In this document: positions 10,015 to 19,209 of the stretch, in pieces
Numbering within the stretch: the stretch's first letter is position 1
Layout: each line of letters opens with the position of its first letter
NCBI GenBank assembly: GCA_963747235.1
Contig: CAVVEU010000025.1
Coordinates: forward strand, 28,209 to 92,208
Direction: 5' to 3'
DNA: 64,000 nucleotides
Source of the DNA: an uncultured Candidatus Rokubacteria bacterium
GTDB taxonomy: Bacteria > Methylomirabilota > Methylomirabilia > Rokubacteriales > CSP1-6
Translations under genes and position numbers: made by a program
The notes under the pieces: generated by a model
Databases searched by the model: none
What the model saw: the letters and a program-made list of their open reading frames with translations, nothing else
What the model was told of the DNA's origin: nothing

Positions 10015-12081
10015 TCACGGCTGGAGGCTCGCGGCCAGCGTGGCATGGCCGGCGTGGCCCGCGCGCCCGGCCGGGGGCGCGAGCTGGAGCCGGCACATCG
10101 CGCCCGAGGCGAGCGGGGCGCCGGGCAGCGGCGTCTGGCCGGTCACGACGCCGCGGCCCGTGATCTCGAGGCGCACGTCGAAGGGCGCAAGGGCTTCCAT
10201 GGCCTGGCGGAGCGAGAGGCCGGCCAGGCGCGGCATCACGGCCTGGGCGTCGCCCATCGGGGCGGGCGGCTCCGGAGCCAGGCCGACTGCCAGAGCGGGA
10301 GCGCCGGGCTCCGCGGATGCACCGGCGGCGCGCGGGCCGGCGGGCGTGGAGGCGACGATCTCGCCGCGCACGATCGGCACCGGGCTGCTGTCGCGCGGGG
10401 GCACGTTGAGGTAGCGCAGGGCCTCGCGGCCGATCGCGGCGAACATGGGCGCGGCCGCCTCGCTACCCCACTTCTCGTTCTTGGGCTCGTCGAGCAGGAC
10501 GATCATGGTGAGCCGCGGGTCGTCGGCGGGCACGAACCCCACGAAGGAGAGCACACCGGGCGCGCGCGAGTAGCGCTTGGTCGCCGGGTCCATCTTCTGG
10601 GCGGTGCCGGTCTTGCCCGCCACGTCGTAGCCGGGGATCGCCGCGTGGCGACCGGTCCCGTTGGCCACCACGTTCACCATCATCTCGGTCAGCGTGCGCG
10701 CGGTCTCCGGGCTGATGACCTGGCGCACCGTCTTGGGCTCGAAGGAGCGGATCTCGCGCCCCTGCGCGTCCACCACCGCGCGGATGATCTGCGGCTGCAT
10801 GAGCCGGCCGCCGTTGGCCACCGCGGAGAACGCGGCGATCATCTGCACCGCGGTCACCGAGATCTCCTGGCCGATGGACATGGTGGCGAGCGAGAGGCCC
10901 GACCACTGCGCGGGCGGGCGGAGCTGGCCGCGGCTCTCGCCGGGCAGGCCCAGGTTGGTGGGCGCCCCGAAGCCGAACGCGGTCATGTACTTGTAGTACC
11001 GCTCCTTGCCGATCTGCATGCCGACCTTGATCGAGCCCACGTTGGAGGAGTTCTGGAGCACCTCGGTGAAGGTGAGCCAGCCGTACTTCTTCCAGTCGTG
11101 GATGGTCGCGTTGGCGATCGTGATCGCCCCGTTCTCGCCGAAGATCCGGTCGGTGGGACGGACGACGCCTTCTTCCAGCGCGGAGGCGGCCATGATCACC
11201 TTGAAGGTGGAGCCGGGCTCGAACGGGTCGGTGACCGCGCGGACGCGCCGGTCGTCGTCGGTGGCGGCCGCGAAGGCGTTCGGGTTGTAGGTGGGGCGGA
11301 TCGCCATCGCGAGGATCTCACCGGTGCGCGGGTCCATCGCCACCGCCATCGCCGACTTGGCCCGCGTGCGCCGCCACGCCGCGTCCACTTCCTTCTCGGC
11401 CAGGTACTGCAGCGTGGCGTCGATGGTGAGCATGATCCCCTGCCCCGCCACCGACGGCTTGAGCACGATGGGCGCGCCGGTCACCTCGCGGCCGAGCGCG
11501 TCGCGCTCGACGACCGCGCGGCCCTCGACACCGGCCAGGTGCCCGTCCCACATCTGCTCCATGCCCGCGAGCCCCTTGCCCTCCGCGCCCTCGAAGCCGA
11601 TGAGCTGCGCGGCGAGCTCGCGGTTCGGGTAGAGGCGCAGGCTGTCTTCCACCAGCGTGAGCGAGGGGTCCTTCAGGTCGCGCACCGCGCGCGCCATGTC
11701 CGGGGTGAGGCGGCGCCGCACCGGGGCGAACTTCTTCGACACCGTGAGCTTGCGGGCGATGTCACGCGCGGGCTCGCCCAGGATCGGGGCCAGGCGCGCC
11801 GCGAGACGCCCCGCGTCTTCCACCTTCCCCGGCGCGACGTAGAGGGCGTCGGCGCGGGAGGAGACCGCGAGGGCCTGGCCGCCGCGGTCGAGGATCGGCC
11901 CGCGCTTGGGCCGGAGCGGCACCGTCTTGGCGTGCTGGTTCTCCGCGAGGCGCGCGTACTCGTCGTGCTTCCAGACTTGCAGATAGGCCAGGCGGCCGAG
12001 GATGCCGATGAAGGCGAGGGCCAGGCACGCCGCGAAGATCAGCGTCCGGGTTCTCAGGCCCTCGATGCGGATCTCGGTCAT
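10015..12081 (-). CDS. ftsI: Class B penicillin-binding protein FtsI (PBP3) with C-terminal PASTA-like domain
   Basis: RGPILDR, EPGSTFK (SxxK), SSN, GKTGTAQ. Confidence 0.95.
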   Translation of the reverse strand: MTEIRIEGLRTRTLIFAACLALAFIGILGRLAYLQVWKHDEYARLAENQHAKTVPLRPKRGPILDRGGQALAVSSRADALYVAPGKVEDAGRLAARLAPILGEPARDIARKLTVSKKFAPVRRRLTPDMARAVRDLKDPSLTLVEDSLRLYPNRELAAQLIGFEGAEGKGLAGMEQMWDGHLAGVEGRAVVERDALGREVTGAPIVLKPSVAGQGIMLTIDATLQYLAEKEVDAAWRRTRAKSAMAVAMDPRTGEILAMAIRPTYNPNAFAAATDDDRRVRAVTDPFEPGSTFKVIMAASALEEGVVRPTDRIFGENGAITIANATIHDWKKYGWLTFTEVLQNSSNVGSIKVGMQIGKERYYKYMTAFGFGAPTNLGLPGESRGQLRPPAQWSGLSLATMSIGQEISVTAVQMIAAFSAVANGGRLMQPQIIRAVVDAQGREIRSFEPKTVRQVISPETARTLTEMMVNVVANGTGRHAAIPGYDVAGKTGTAQKMDPATKRYSRAPGVLSFVGFVPADDPRLTMIVLLDEPKNEKWGSEAAAPMFAAIGREALRYLNVPPRDSSPVPIVRGEIVASTPAGPRAAGASAEPGAPALAVGLAPEPPAPMGDAQAVMPRLAGLSLRQAMEALAPFDVRLEITGRGVVTGQTPLPGAPLASGAMCRLQLAPPAGRAGHAGHATLAASLQP

Positions 12082-12090
12082 GCGGTCCCG

Positions 12091-12552
12091 CTAGCGCACT
12101 CCGACGTCACGCGGTACGGGGCGCTCGGCCACCACCGACGGCCGGTCGAGCGCGGTCGCGCCCCGGCCGCCCGGGACGAACTCGCGGGCGAGGCGAACCT
12201 GGTCGCGCGCGGGCGCCACCATGCCGAGCTCGGTGCGGGCCTTGCCCTCGATGCGCGCGAGCGACTTGAGCGTGGCCATCTCCACCCGCAGCCGGCGATT
12301 GAGCTCCTCGGCCTCGGTCCGGCTGCCGCGGAGCGCGTCCAGCCGGTAGGACAGACGCACCTGCTGCACGCGCAGCCCCACCACGCCCAGGATCAGCACC
12401 ACGGCCAGGCCCGCGCCGACCACCGCGGTGGCCATCGAGCGGAGCCGGCGCCGGTCGTTCTGGCGATGACGCCGCACCGCCTCCGGCTGCCGGGCGCGGT
12501 GCTCGCGCCCCCACGCGGACTGGGGCACGCTGCGGGCCGCCCGGGCGCTCAT
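12091..12552 (-). CDS. ftsL: Cell division protein FtsL
   Basis: TM helix then coiled coil (LRVEMATLKSLARIEGKARTELGM) between rsmH and ftsI; ATG overlaps rsmH stop. Confidence 0.85.
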   Translation of the reverse strand: MSARAARSVPQSAWGREHRARQPEAVRRHRQNDRRRLRSMATAVVGAGLAVVLILGVVGLRVQQVRLSYRLDALRGSRTEAEELNRRLRVEMATLKSLARIEGKARTELGMVAPARDQVRLAREFVPGGRGATALDRPSVVAERPVPRDVGVR

Positions 12553-13592
12553 GCCGCCTCCCGGCGCGCGAGCACGCGCAGCTTGGCGCTGCGGGCGCGC
12601 GGATTCAGGGCGGTCTCCTCGCGGCCCGCGGTGACCGGCGAGGGCTCGAGCTCCACGAAGCCCGAATCCTCGAGCGAGCGGAACGCGCGCTTCACCACCC
12701 GGTCGTCGCCCGAGTGGAACGAGATGACGCCGAGGCGGCCGCCGTTCTCCAGGAGCGCGGCGGCCTGCGGCAGCGCCTCCGCGAGCGCGCCGGGCTCGTC
12801 GTTGACCGCCATGCGCACCGCCTGGAAGGTGCGGGTCGCCACGTGGGTGCGCTTCGACCACGCGGCGCGCGGCACCGCGCGCTTCACCACCGAGACCAGA
12901 TCGGCGGCGGTCCGCAGCGGGCTGCGGCGGCGCTGCTCCACGAGCACGCGCGCGATGCGCCGGGCGTGCCGCTCCTCGCCATACTCGGCGAGCAGGACCT
13001 CGATCTCGTCGGCGGCCAGGCGGCCGAGCAGCTCCGCCGCGGTGTCGCCCTCGCTCGGATCGAAGCGCATGTCGAGTGGCTCCTCTCCCTGGAATGAGAA
13101 CCCGCGACCGGACTCGTCCAGTTGATACGACGAGAGTCCGAGGTCCAGCAGCACCGCGGCCGCGCGCTCCACGCCCGCGTCCGTCGCGATCGCGCGAAGG
13201 TGGCGGAAGCTGCCGCGCACCAGCACCACGCGGGCGCCGAAGCGCTCCAGGCGGCGCGCCGCGCGCGCGAGGGCTTCGGGGTCGCGATCGATTCCGAGCA
13301 GGCGGCTCTCGCCACCCGACGTCTCCAGCAGCTGCTCCGCGTGTCCGCCCATGCCGATTGTCCCGTCCACCACCCAGCCCCCACGACGGGGGCGCAAGAG
13401 GAATGTCACCTCGTCGAGCAGGACCGGGATGTGGGCGGCCGCTGCGTGTTCGGGCTCTTCCCTGCTGCCACCGGAAGCTTCTCTTTCAAATGCGCTCGGC
13501 TCGCCTTCGGCTTCACCTCGCCCTGCCACTGCTCCGCGGTCATGCCGTTGGTGTGTCGTGCGTTCTTGCCGTTGCCGTTGCTTCTTGCGCAT
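12549..13592 (-). CDS. rsmH: 16S rRNA m4C1402 methyltransferase RsmH, with an N-terminal extension
   Basis: HIPVLL, DGTIGMGGH, DLGLSSYQL, PLDMR, TRTFQAVRMAVN, NPRARSAKLR. Confidence 0.95.
   Translation of the reverse strand: MRKKQRQRQERTTHQRHDRGAVAGRGEAEGEPSAFEREASGGSREEPEHAAAAHIPVLLDEVTFLLRPRRGGWVVDGTIGMGGHAEQLLETSGGESRLLGIDRDPEALARAARRLERFGARVVLVRGSFRHLRAIATDAGVERAAAVLLDLGLSSYQLDESGRGFSFQGEEPLDMRFDPSEGDTAAELLGRLAADEIEVLLAEYGEERHARRIARVLVEQRRRSPLRTAADLVSVVKRAVPRAAWSKRTHVATRTFQAVRMAVNDEPGALAEALPQAAALLENGGRLGVISFHSGDDRVVKRAFRSLEDSGFVELEPSPVTAGREETALNPRARSAKLRVLARREAA
13494..13524. repeat. 31-bp dispersed repeat, copy 1 (inside the rsmH 5' extension)
   Basis: gctcggctcgccttcggcttcacctcgccct, 28/31 identical to 17270-17300. 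Confidence 0.7.
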
Positions 13593-13594
13593 TC

Positions 13595-14035
13595 CTAGAC
13601 GCCCTTCTGGGCGAGGCGGTCGCGCAGGTTGTCGAGCGGGCCCGCGTTCTCGCGCTGATAATGCGACCAGCGATCCTCGTCCCAGATCTCGAAGTGATCC
13701 ATCATCCCGATGATCACCACGTTCTTCGCGAGCGCGCCGCGCTCGCGGTAGTCCTGCAGGATCTGGATGCGGCCGTGCGGATCGAGCACGACGTCGAGCC
13801 CCGCGGAGAGGTACACGTGCTGGAAGAGGCGGCGATCCGGGTCGAGCTTGGCCAGCTTGTTCACGCTCTCTTCGAGCTCGCGCCACTTGTCGTCGGGGTA
13901 CACGTCGAGCGACGTGCCGTTGGGCGCCATCACCAGGCGGTCGCTGCCGCCCTCCCGCAGCACGTCCCGGAACTTCGCCGGGATGCTGAGGCGCCCCTTC
14001 GGGTCGATCGTGTGCCTGAAATGCCCCCGAAACAC
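13595..14035 (-). CDS. mraZ: dcw transcriptional repressor MraZ
   Basis: FRGHFRHTIDPKGRLSIPAKFR and second DPHGRI motif, FEIWD; GTG start at 14035. Confidence 0.95.
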   Translation of the reverse strand: MFRGHFRHTIDPKGRLSIPAKFRDVLREGGSDRLVMAPNGTSLDVYPDDKWRELEESVNKLAKLDPDRRLFQHVYLSAGLDVVLDPHGRIQILQDYRERGALAKNVVIIGMMDHFEIWDEDRWSHYQRENAGPLDNLRDRLAQKGV

Positions 14036-14090
14036 TGTCCCCCCCACCGGGGCCCAACCGCCCCCGGAGCCGTCCTGAAATGACTTCTTA

Positions 14091-14120
14091 ATGACACTTC
14101 ATGGGATTTCATCCCACTTC
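14091..14120 (-). promoter_or_regulatory. Putative MraZ operator (dcw box): three 10-bp-period repeats
   Basis: Minus strand GAAGTGGGAT-GAAATCCCAT-GAAGTGTCAT just downstream of the promoter; MraZ is known to bind GTGGG-type repeats at 10-bp spacing. Confidence 0.7.
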
Positions 14121-14128
14121 CGGGGACC

Positions 14129-14157
14129 ATCCTAGAAGGGGTCGCTAGGGGTGTCAA
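14129..14157 (-). promoter_or_regulatory. sigma70-type promoter of the dcw operon
   Basis: TTGACA-N17-TAGGAT upstream of mraZ. Confidence 0.8.
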
Positions 14158-14269
14158 GGGAAAACTCCAAGATTTTCAAGGCCATTCAGACCCACCCCCT
14201 GGCCCATGGGTTGGGGGTGGCCAGGCCGGCGCTACAGCAGGTAGAGGACCGGGGGCCGGGCGCCGGACC

Positions 14270-15055
14270 CTAGCGGGCCGGGCGGTAGTACGTGAGGGCC
14301 TCCGGCAGCCAGCCCTCGATCTGCTGGATCCGGGTGGCCTCGGAGGGGTGCGTCGAGAGGAACTCGGGGGGCCGCTGGCCCTTGGAGGCCTCGGCCATGC
14401 GCTTCCACAGCTCGAGCGACGCGCGCGGATCGTAGCCGGCCTTGGCCATCAGGATCAGGCCCAGGTGGTCGGCCTCCGACTCCTGCGCGCGGCCCCACGG
14501 CAGCAGCACGCCGACCGAGGCGCCCGCGCCGAGGGCGGCGCTCACGAGCTGCACGGTGGCCGGATTGCTGCTCGCCATGCCCGCCAGCACCTGCGTCACC
14601 GTCTGCACGCCCATCTGCTGGCTCACCCGCTCGCCGCCGTGGCGCGCGAGCACGTGGCCGATCTCGTGCGCCAGCACCGCGGCCAGGCCGGCCTCGTCAC
14701 GCGTGATCGGTAGCATGCCGGTGTAGACCGCCACCTTGCCGCCCGGCAGCGCGAAGGCGTTGGCCTGCTTGTCGTCCTGGATGACGCGGAACTCCCACTG
14801 GTAGCCCAGATCGGTCACCGCCGCGATCCGGCTGCCCACGCGCTGGACCATCGCATTGGCCTGCGCGTCGGTGGACAGGGTCGCCTTCCCGACGATCTCC
14901 TTGAAGGACTGCACGCCCATCTGCGCTTCTTCGCTCGGCGAGACGAGCTGGATCTGCCGGCGGCCCGTGTAGGGCACGGTCTCGCAGCCCATGGGGGCGG
15001 CCAGAACCAGGAGGAGGAGCGTGGCGAAGACGTACCGGCGAGACACGGCGGTCAT
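14270..15055 (-). CDS. M48 family zinc metallopeptidase, probable lipoprotein
   Basis: Lipobox-like MGC, NAFALPGGK, HEIGH (HExxH), ESEAD, FLSTHP. May start at GTG 15046. Confidence 0.9.
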   Translation of the reverse strand: MTAVSRRYVFATLLLLVLAAPMGCETVPYTGRRQIQLVSPSEEAQMGVQSFKEIVGKATLSTDAQANAMVQRVGSRIAAVTDLGYQWEFRVIQDDKQANAFALPGGKVAVYTGMLPITRDEAGLAAVLAHEIGHVLARHGGERVSQQMGVQTVTQVLAGMASSNPATVQLVSAALGAGASVGVLLPWGRAQESEADHLGLILMAKAGYDPRASLELWKRMAEASKGQRPPEFLSTHPSEATRIQQIEGWLPEALTYYRPAR

Positions 15056-15056
15056 T

Positions 15057-15605
15057 CTACCAGAGCCGATTGCGGAGCGTGGCCTGCGTCTCCATGAGCA
15101 CGCCCGTCCCGGCGCTGCCGACCTCGAGCTGCACCCGCACCGCGATCACCGCCGCGGGATCGGTGGTCTCCGCGCCCGCGCGATCGAGGTAGCGCAGGCG
15201 CAGCGCGCGCACGCCGTTGATCACCGGCTGCGCCCCGCCCCCCGCGTCCCGCCGCAGGATGGACTCCCCCGCCCGCAGCACGTAGGTCACGCGCTCGCGG
15301 GTGGGATCGATGACGCCGTTGCCGTTCATGTCCCGCTGGAATTCGATGCGGGCGGGCTCGGCCACCACGACGGGGGCGATGCCGGCCGCGGTGGGATCGT
15401 ACCCGGCCTCGCGCAGCTCGCTCGCCATGCGCTCGAGCGCGTAGCGCACCGACTGCTGCGCCTCGACCCGCGCGGCGCCCCAGACCCAGGCGTGGAGTCC
15501 CAGGTGCAGCAGGGTGGCGGTGGCGGCCAGCATCCCGCCGCCGACCGCAAGCGCCACCAGCAGGTCCACCAGCGAGTACCCACGATCCGCGCGCCGCCGG
15601 TCCAC
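15057..15605 (-). CDS. Prepilin-type protein, PilW/PulJ-like minor pilin
   Basis: RG|YSLVDLLVALAV class III signal, ELREAGY, C-terminal LRN; start codon uncertain. Confidence 0.75.
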   Translation of the reverse strand: MDRRRADRGYSLVDLLVALAVGGGMLAATATLLHLGLHAWVWGAARVEAQQSVRYALERMASELREAGYDPTAAGIAPVVVAEPARIEFQRDMNGNGVIDPTRERVTYVLRAGESILRRDAGGGAQPVINGVRALRLRYLDRAGAETTDPAAVIAVRVQLEVGSAGTGVLMETQATLRNRLW

Positions 15606-15829
15606 CCACCAACACTCGCCGTCGACGCCGAGCACCCGCAACGCCCACATTTCGGAACGTCCAATCTTAGATACAGCGCGCTCAAAAAACACCGGCGGCG
15701 CGAGCCGCCTACCTTACAGAGGTCGCCCCTTGGGGCGACCGTAAGATCAAATGCACTACCGCAGACCCAAGTAAGCTGACCGGGTGCCCTACCGGCGCGG
15801 GCTGTCCGCCGGCCGCGACGCGCCCGCGA

Positions 15830-17244
15830 CTAGACCGGCGGCCGCAGATGCGCCCAGGGCGCGATCTGCTCGAACGCGGCCGAGGCCCGCAGCACGGTGG
15901 CGTCCTCGAAGCGCCGGCCCAGGATCTGCAGCCCGATGGGCAGCTTGTCGCTCGTGAACCCGCAGGGCACCGAGGCGCCCGGATGGCCGGTCATGTTGAA
16001 CGGATACGTGAACGGGATCCAGTCGTAGATCCCGGTCGGCGTGCCCGCGATCTCGCTGGGGCCGTCGAGGCCGACCTTGAAGGCCGCGCACGCGATGGTC
16101 GGCGTCAGCAGCAGGTCGTAGCGCTCGAAGAGCCGGCGCGGGTGCTCTTCCCAGGCGAGCCGGTCGAACCAGGCCTGGACGAACTGGGTGGGGCTCCAGC
16201 CCCGCGTCTCGTCGGCGATCGCGACCAGCCCCGCGTCGATGTCGTCGCGCCGCTCGCGCAGCGCGGGCCCGAGGCGGGCGGCGATGCCGCCCAGGAACAT
16301 GGTCCGCCACGCGGCCTGCGGGCTCGGCCACTTCGGCGCGACCTCCTCCACGCGACAGCCCAAGTCGCGGAACCGTCGCGCCGCGCGCTCGCAGGCCGCC
16401 TTCACCTCGGGGTCCACCGCCTTGGCGAAGCCCAGATCGGCGGTCCACGCCACCCGCAGGCCCTTCACCCCGCCCTTGAGCGCCTTGACGTAGTCCACCC
16501 GCGGGCCCGGCAGCGAGAAGGGGTCGCGGGCGTCGGGCCCCGCCGCCGCGTTCAGCATCAGCGCGGCGTCCGCCACCGTGCGCGTCATCGGGCCGATGTG
16601 CGAGAGGCCCCACGCGGCGCTGAACGGATAGATCGGCACGAGGCCGAACGTGGGCTTGATGCCGTAGATGCCGGCCAGCGACGACGGGATGCGGATCGAG
16701 CCGCCGCCGTCGGTGCCGATGGCGAGCGGGCCCATCCCGGCGGCCACCGCCGCGCTGGCGCCGCCGCTCGAGCCGCCCGGCGTGCGATCGAGGTTCCACG
16801 GGTTGCGCGTGATGCCGAAGAGCAGGTTATGCGTCGCGCCGATCCAGCCCATCATCGGCGTGTTGGTCTTGCCGAGCTGGATGGCGCCGGCGGCCCGCAT
16901 GCGCTCCACCATCGGCGCGTCCTCGGCCGGCACGTTGTCGGCGAAGAGTCGCGTGCCGAACGTGGTGCGGATGCCCTTGGTGATCACGAGGTCCTTGGTG
17001 GAGAACGGCACGCCGTGGAGCGGGCCGAGCTTGGCGCCCTTCTTCATCACCGCGCGCTCGGCGGCCCGCGCGTCCTTGAGCGCCTGGTCCGCGGTCAGCG
17101 TGACGAAGGCGTTGAGCGCGGATTGAGGCGCTCGATGCGGGCGAGCACCGCCTTCATCACCTCGACCGGGGAGAGCTTGCGGCGCTTGATGGCCGGGGCC
17201 ATCTCGGACGCGGGGAGCCAGCAGAGGTCGTCGGACGTTGCCAT
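15830..17244 (-). CDS. Amidase signature family enzyme (frameshift ~17125)
   Basis: GPLHGVPFSTKD, GKTNTP, TPGGSSGG, GTDGGGSIRIP; N-terminus MATSDDLCWLPA in another frame. Confidence 0.92.
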
Positions 17245-17251
17245 GGAGAGC

Positions 17252-17326
17252 CCCCTCACTTTCTGGGCTGCTCGCCTCGCCTTCGGCTGCAGCTCGCCCT
17301 ACCGCCCTCTCCCCAGAGGAGAGGGG
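17252..17326. repeat. Composite REP-like element: CCCCTCAC...CCCTCTCCCC-GAGAGGG unit interrupted by copy 2 of the 31-bp repeat
   Basis: Matches the elements at 36331 and 39294; the internal 17270-17300 matches 13494-13524. Confidence 0.65.
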
Positions 17327-17335
17327 TCTCGAGAT

Positions 17336-18238
17336 TTAGGCGCCGCGGAGACGCGGGTCGAGCGTGTCGCGGAGCGCGTCGCCGAGCAGGTTGGAGCCGA
17401 AGACGGCGAGGCTGATGGCCAGGCCCGGGAACAGCACGAGCCAGGGCGCCTTCTGCGCGTATTCCGCCGCGGAGACCGAGAGCATCCGGCCCCACGAGGG
17501 ATAGGGCTCGGGCACGCCCAGGCCCAGGAACGACAGCGCGGCCTCCACCAGGATGGCGCTGCCGAGCTGCGCGGTGCACAGCACGATGAACGGTCCCATG
17601 GTATTGGGCAGGACGTGGCGGAAGGCGATGCGCAGGTGCCGGAGGCCGACCGCGCGCGCCGCCTCCACGTACTGCATCTCGCGGATCGACAGCACGCTCG
17701 CCCGGATGACCCGCGCCGCCCGCGGGATGATCGGGATCGAGATCGCGAGGACCACGTTCGGGATGGAGGGCCCGAGCGCGGCCGACATCACGAGGGCCAG
17801 CACGAGCAGCGGCAATCCCTGCAGGATGTCCATGACTCGCTGGGTGATGAGGTCGGTGTTGCCGCCGATGTAGCCGGACAGGAGCCCGATGAATCCGCCC
17901 AGCACCGAGCCCATCAGCGTGGAGGCCAGGCCCACGATGAGCGAGACCCGCGCCCCGTGCACGACGCGCGAGTAGATGTCGCGGCCGAGGTGATCGGAGC
18001 CCAGCCAGTGGTCGGCGCCGGGCCGGGCGAGGCTCTGCCCGGCGTCGGTGGCGATGGGGTCGTAGGTCGCGAGCTGGTTGGCGAAGACCGCGGTCAGGAA
18101 CATCACGACCATAAGCATTCCGCCGATCGCCCCCAGCGGCTTCTTGCGGCAGAAGCGGCCGAGCACGGTCCACGCCCCGGGCCGGCGCAGGCCGATGCTC
18201 ACCTGCGGCACCTCGACCCCGAGCGGTCTAGTGGCCAT
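17336..18238 (-). CDS. Peptide/nickel ABC transporter permease (DppC/OppC-like)
   Basis: HWLGSDHLGRDIYSR, YVEAARAVG (EAA loop), EAALSFLGLG. Confidence 0.92.
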   Translation of the reverse strand: MATRPLGVEVPQVSIGLRRPGAWTVLGRFCRKKPLGAIGGMLMVVMFLTAVFANQLATYDPIATDAGQSLARPGADHWLGSDHLGRDIYSRVVHGARVSLIVGLASTLMGSVLGGFIGLLSGYIGGNTDLITQRVMDILQGLPLLVLALVMSAALGPSIPNVVLAISIPIIPRAARVIRASVLSIREMQYVEAARAVGLRHLRIAFRHVLPNTMGPFIVLCTAQLGSAILVEAALSFLGLGVPEPYPSWGRMLSVSAAEYAQKAPWLVLFPGLAISLAVFGSNLLGDALRDTLDPRLRGA

Positions 18239-19181
18239 AGCGGACGCGCGGGTCGAGGAAGCCGTAGAGCATGTCCACCACCAGGTTCGAGACGATGACC
18301 ACGATGGCGATGAACATGACCAGGTTCTGGACGATCGGGTAGTCCCGCCAGAGGATCGCCTCCACCAGGAAGCGCGCGAGGCCGGGCAGGTTGAAGACGG
18401 TCTCGGTCACCACGAGCCCGCCGATGAGGAACGCGAACTCGATGCCGATGACGGTGACCACGGGCAGGATCGCGTTCTGCAGCGCGTGGCGCCAGATCAC
18501 GACGCTGCCGGACTGGCCCTTGGCCCGCGCGGTGCGGATGTAGTCCTCGCGCATCACCTCGAGCAGCGACGAGCGGGTGATGCGCATGATGAGCGCGGAC
18601 GAGCGGTAGCCCACCGCGAGCGACGGCAGCGCGAACTGCACCGCGTGGAGCCAGAAGTTCTCGGACGGCGACACGTAGGTCACCGGCGGGATCCACCCGA
18701 TCCACGCCACCAGCCCGAGGATGATGACCATGCCCAGCCAGAACGAGGGCATGCTGAGGCCGGCGAGGCTGAAGACCCGCAGCGCGTAGTCGAGCGGGGT
18801 ATCCTGACGGACCGCGCTGATCACGCCGAACGGCACGCCGAGGGCCACCGAGACGATCAGCGACAGCACCGCCAGCTCGAGCGTCACCGGGATGAGCGGG
18901 CGGATGATCTCCCACGCGGGCAGATCGTAGCGGTACGACTTGCCCAGATCCCCGGTCATGATCTGGCGCATCCACTCGAGGTACTGCACCCACACCGGCC
19001 GATCGAGCCCGAGCTCCTTCTCGATGGCCACCCGCTCCACCGGGTTCACGTAGCCCCCGGTGGAGAAGAGGATGTCGACGATGTCGCCCGGGGCCAGCCG
19101 CAGCATGCCGAAGATCACGATCGACATGCCGAGCAGGGTCAGGAGACCGATGCCCACGCGCTGAGCGATGTACGTCTTCAC
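18228..19181 (-). CDS. Peptide/nickel ABC transporter permease (DppB/OppB-like)
   Basis: GDLGKS, DYIRTARAKG, VTETVFNLPGL, RDYPIVQ. Confidence 0.92.
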   Translation of the reverse strand: MKTYIAQRVGIGLLTLLGMSIVIFGMLRLAPGDIVDILFSTGGYVNPVERVAIEKELGLDRPVWVQYLEWMRQIMTGDLGKSYRYDLPAWEIIRPLIPVTLELAVLSLIVSVALGVPFGVISAVRQDTPLDYALRVFSLAGLSMPSFWLGMVIILGLVAWIGWIPPVTYVSPSENFWLHAVQFALPSLAVGYRSSALIMRITRSSLLEVMREDYIRTARAKGQSGSVVIWRHALQNAILPVVTVIGIEFAFLIGGLVVTETVFNLPGLARFLVEAILWRDYPIVQNLVMFIAIVVIVSNLVVDMLYGFLDPRVRYGH

Positions 19182-19209
19182 GGTTCGAGCCGGAGTCGCG
19201 GGGGTCTCG

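Noticed and set aside
7095-10046. Apparent 983-aa MurE-MurF fusion in the ORF track
   Set aside because: The middle of the ORF is out-of-frame junk. The MurE C-terminus is in another frame (8474-9154) with its own stop, and murF has its own RBS and GTG. One indel near 9183 explains it.
9754-13125. Very long antisense or alternate-frame ORFs (also 22606-25662, 27971-30511, 37710-40307, 47712-50582)
   Set aside because: Shadow ORFs expected at high GC3 opposite well-supported genes; no recognisable motifs.
14190-14220. Palindrome upstream of the dcw promoter
   Set aside because: Probably a terminator-like stem for the M48 gene; no U-tract or other support for a specific role.
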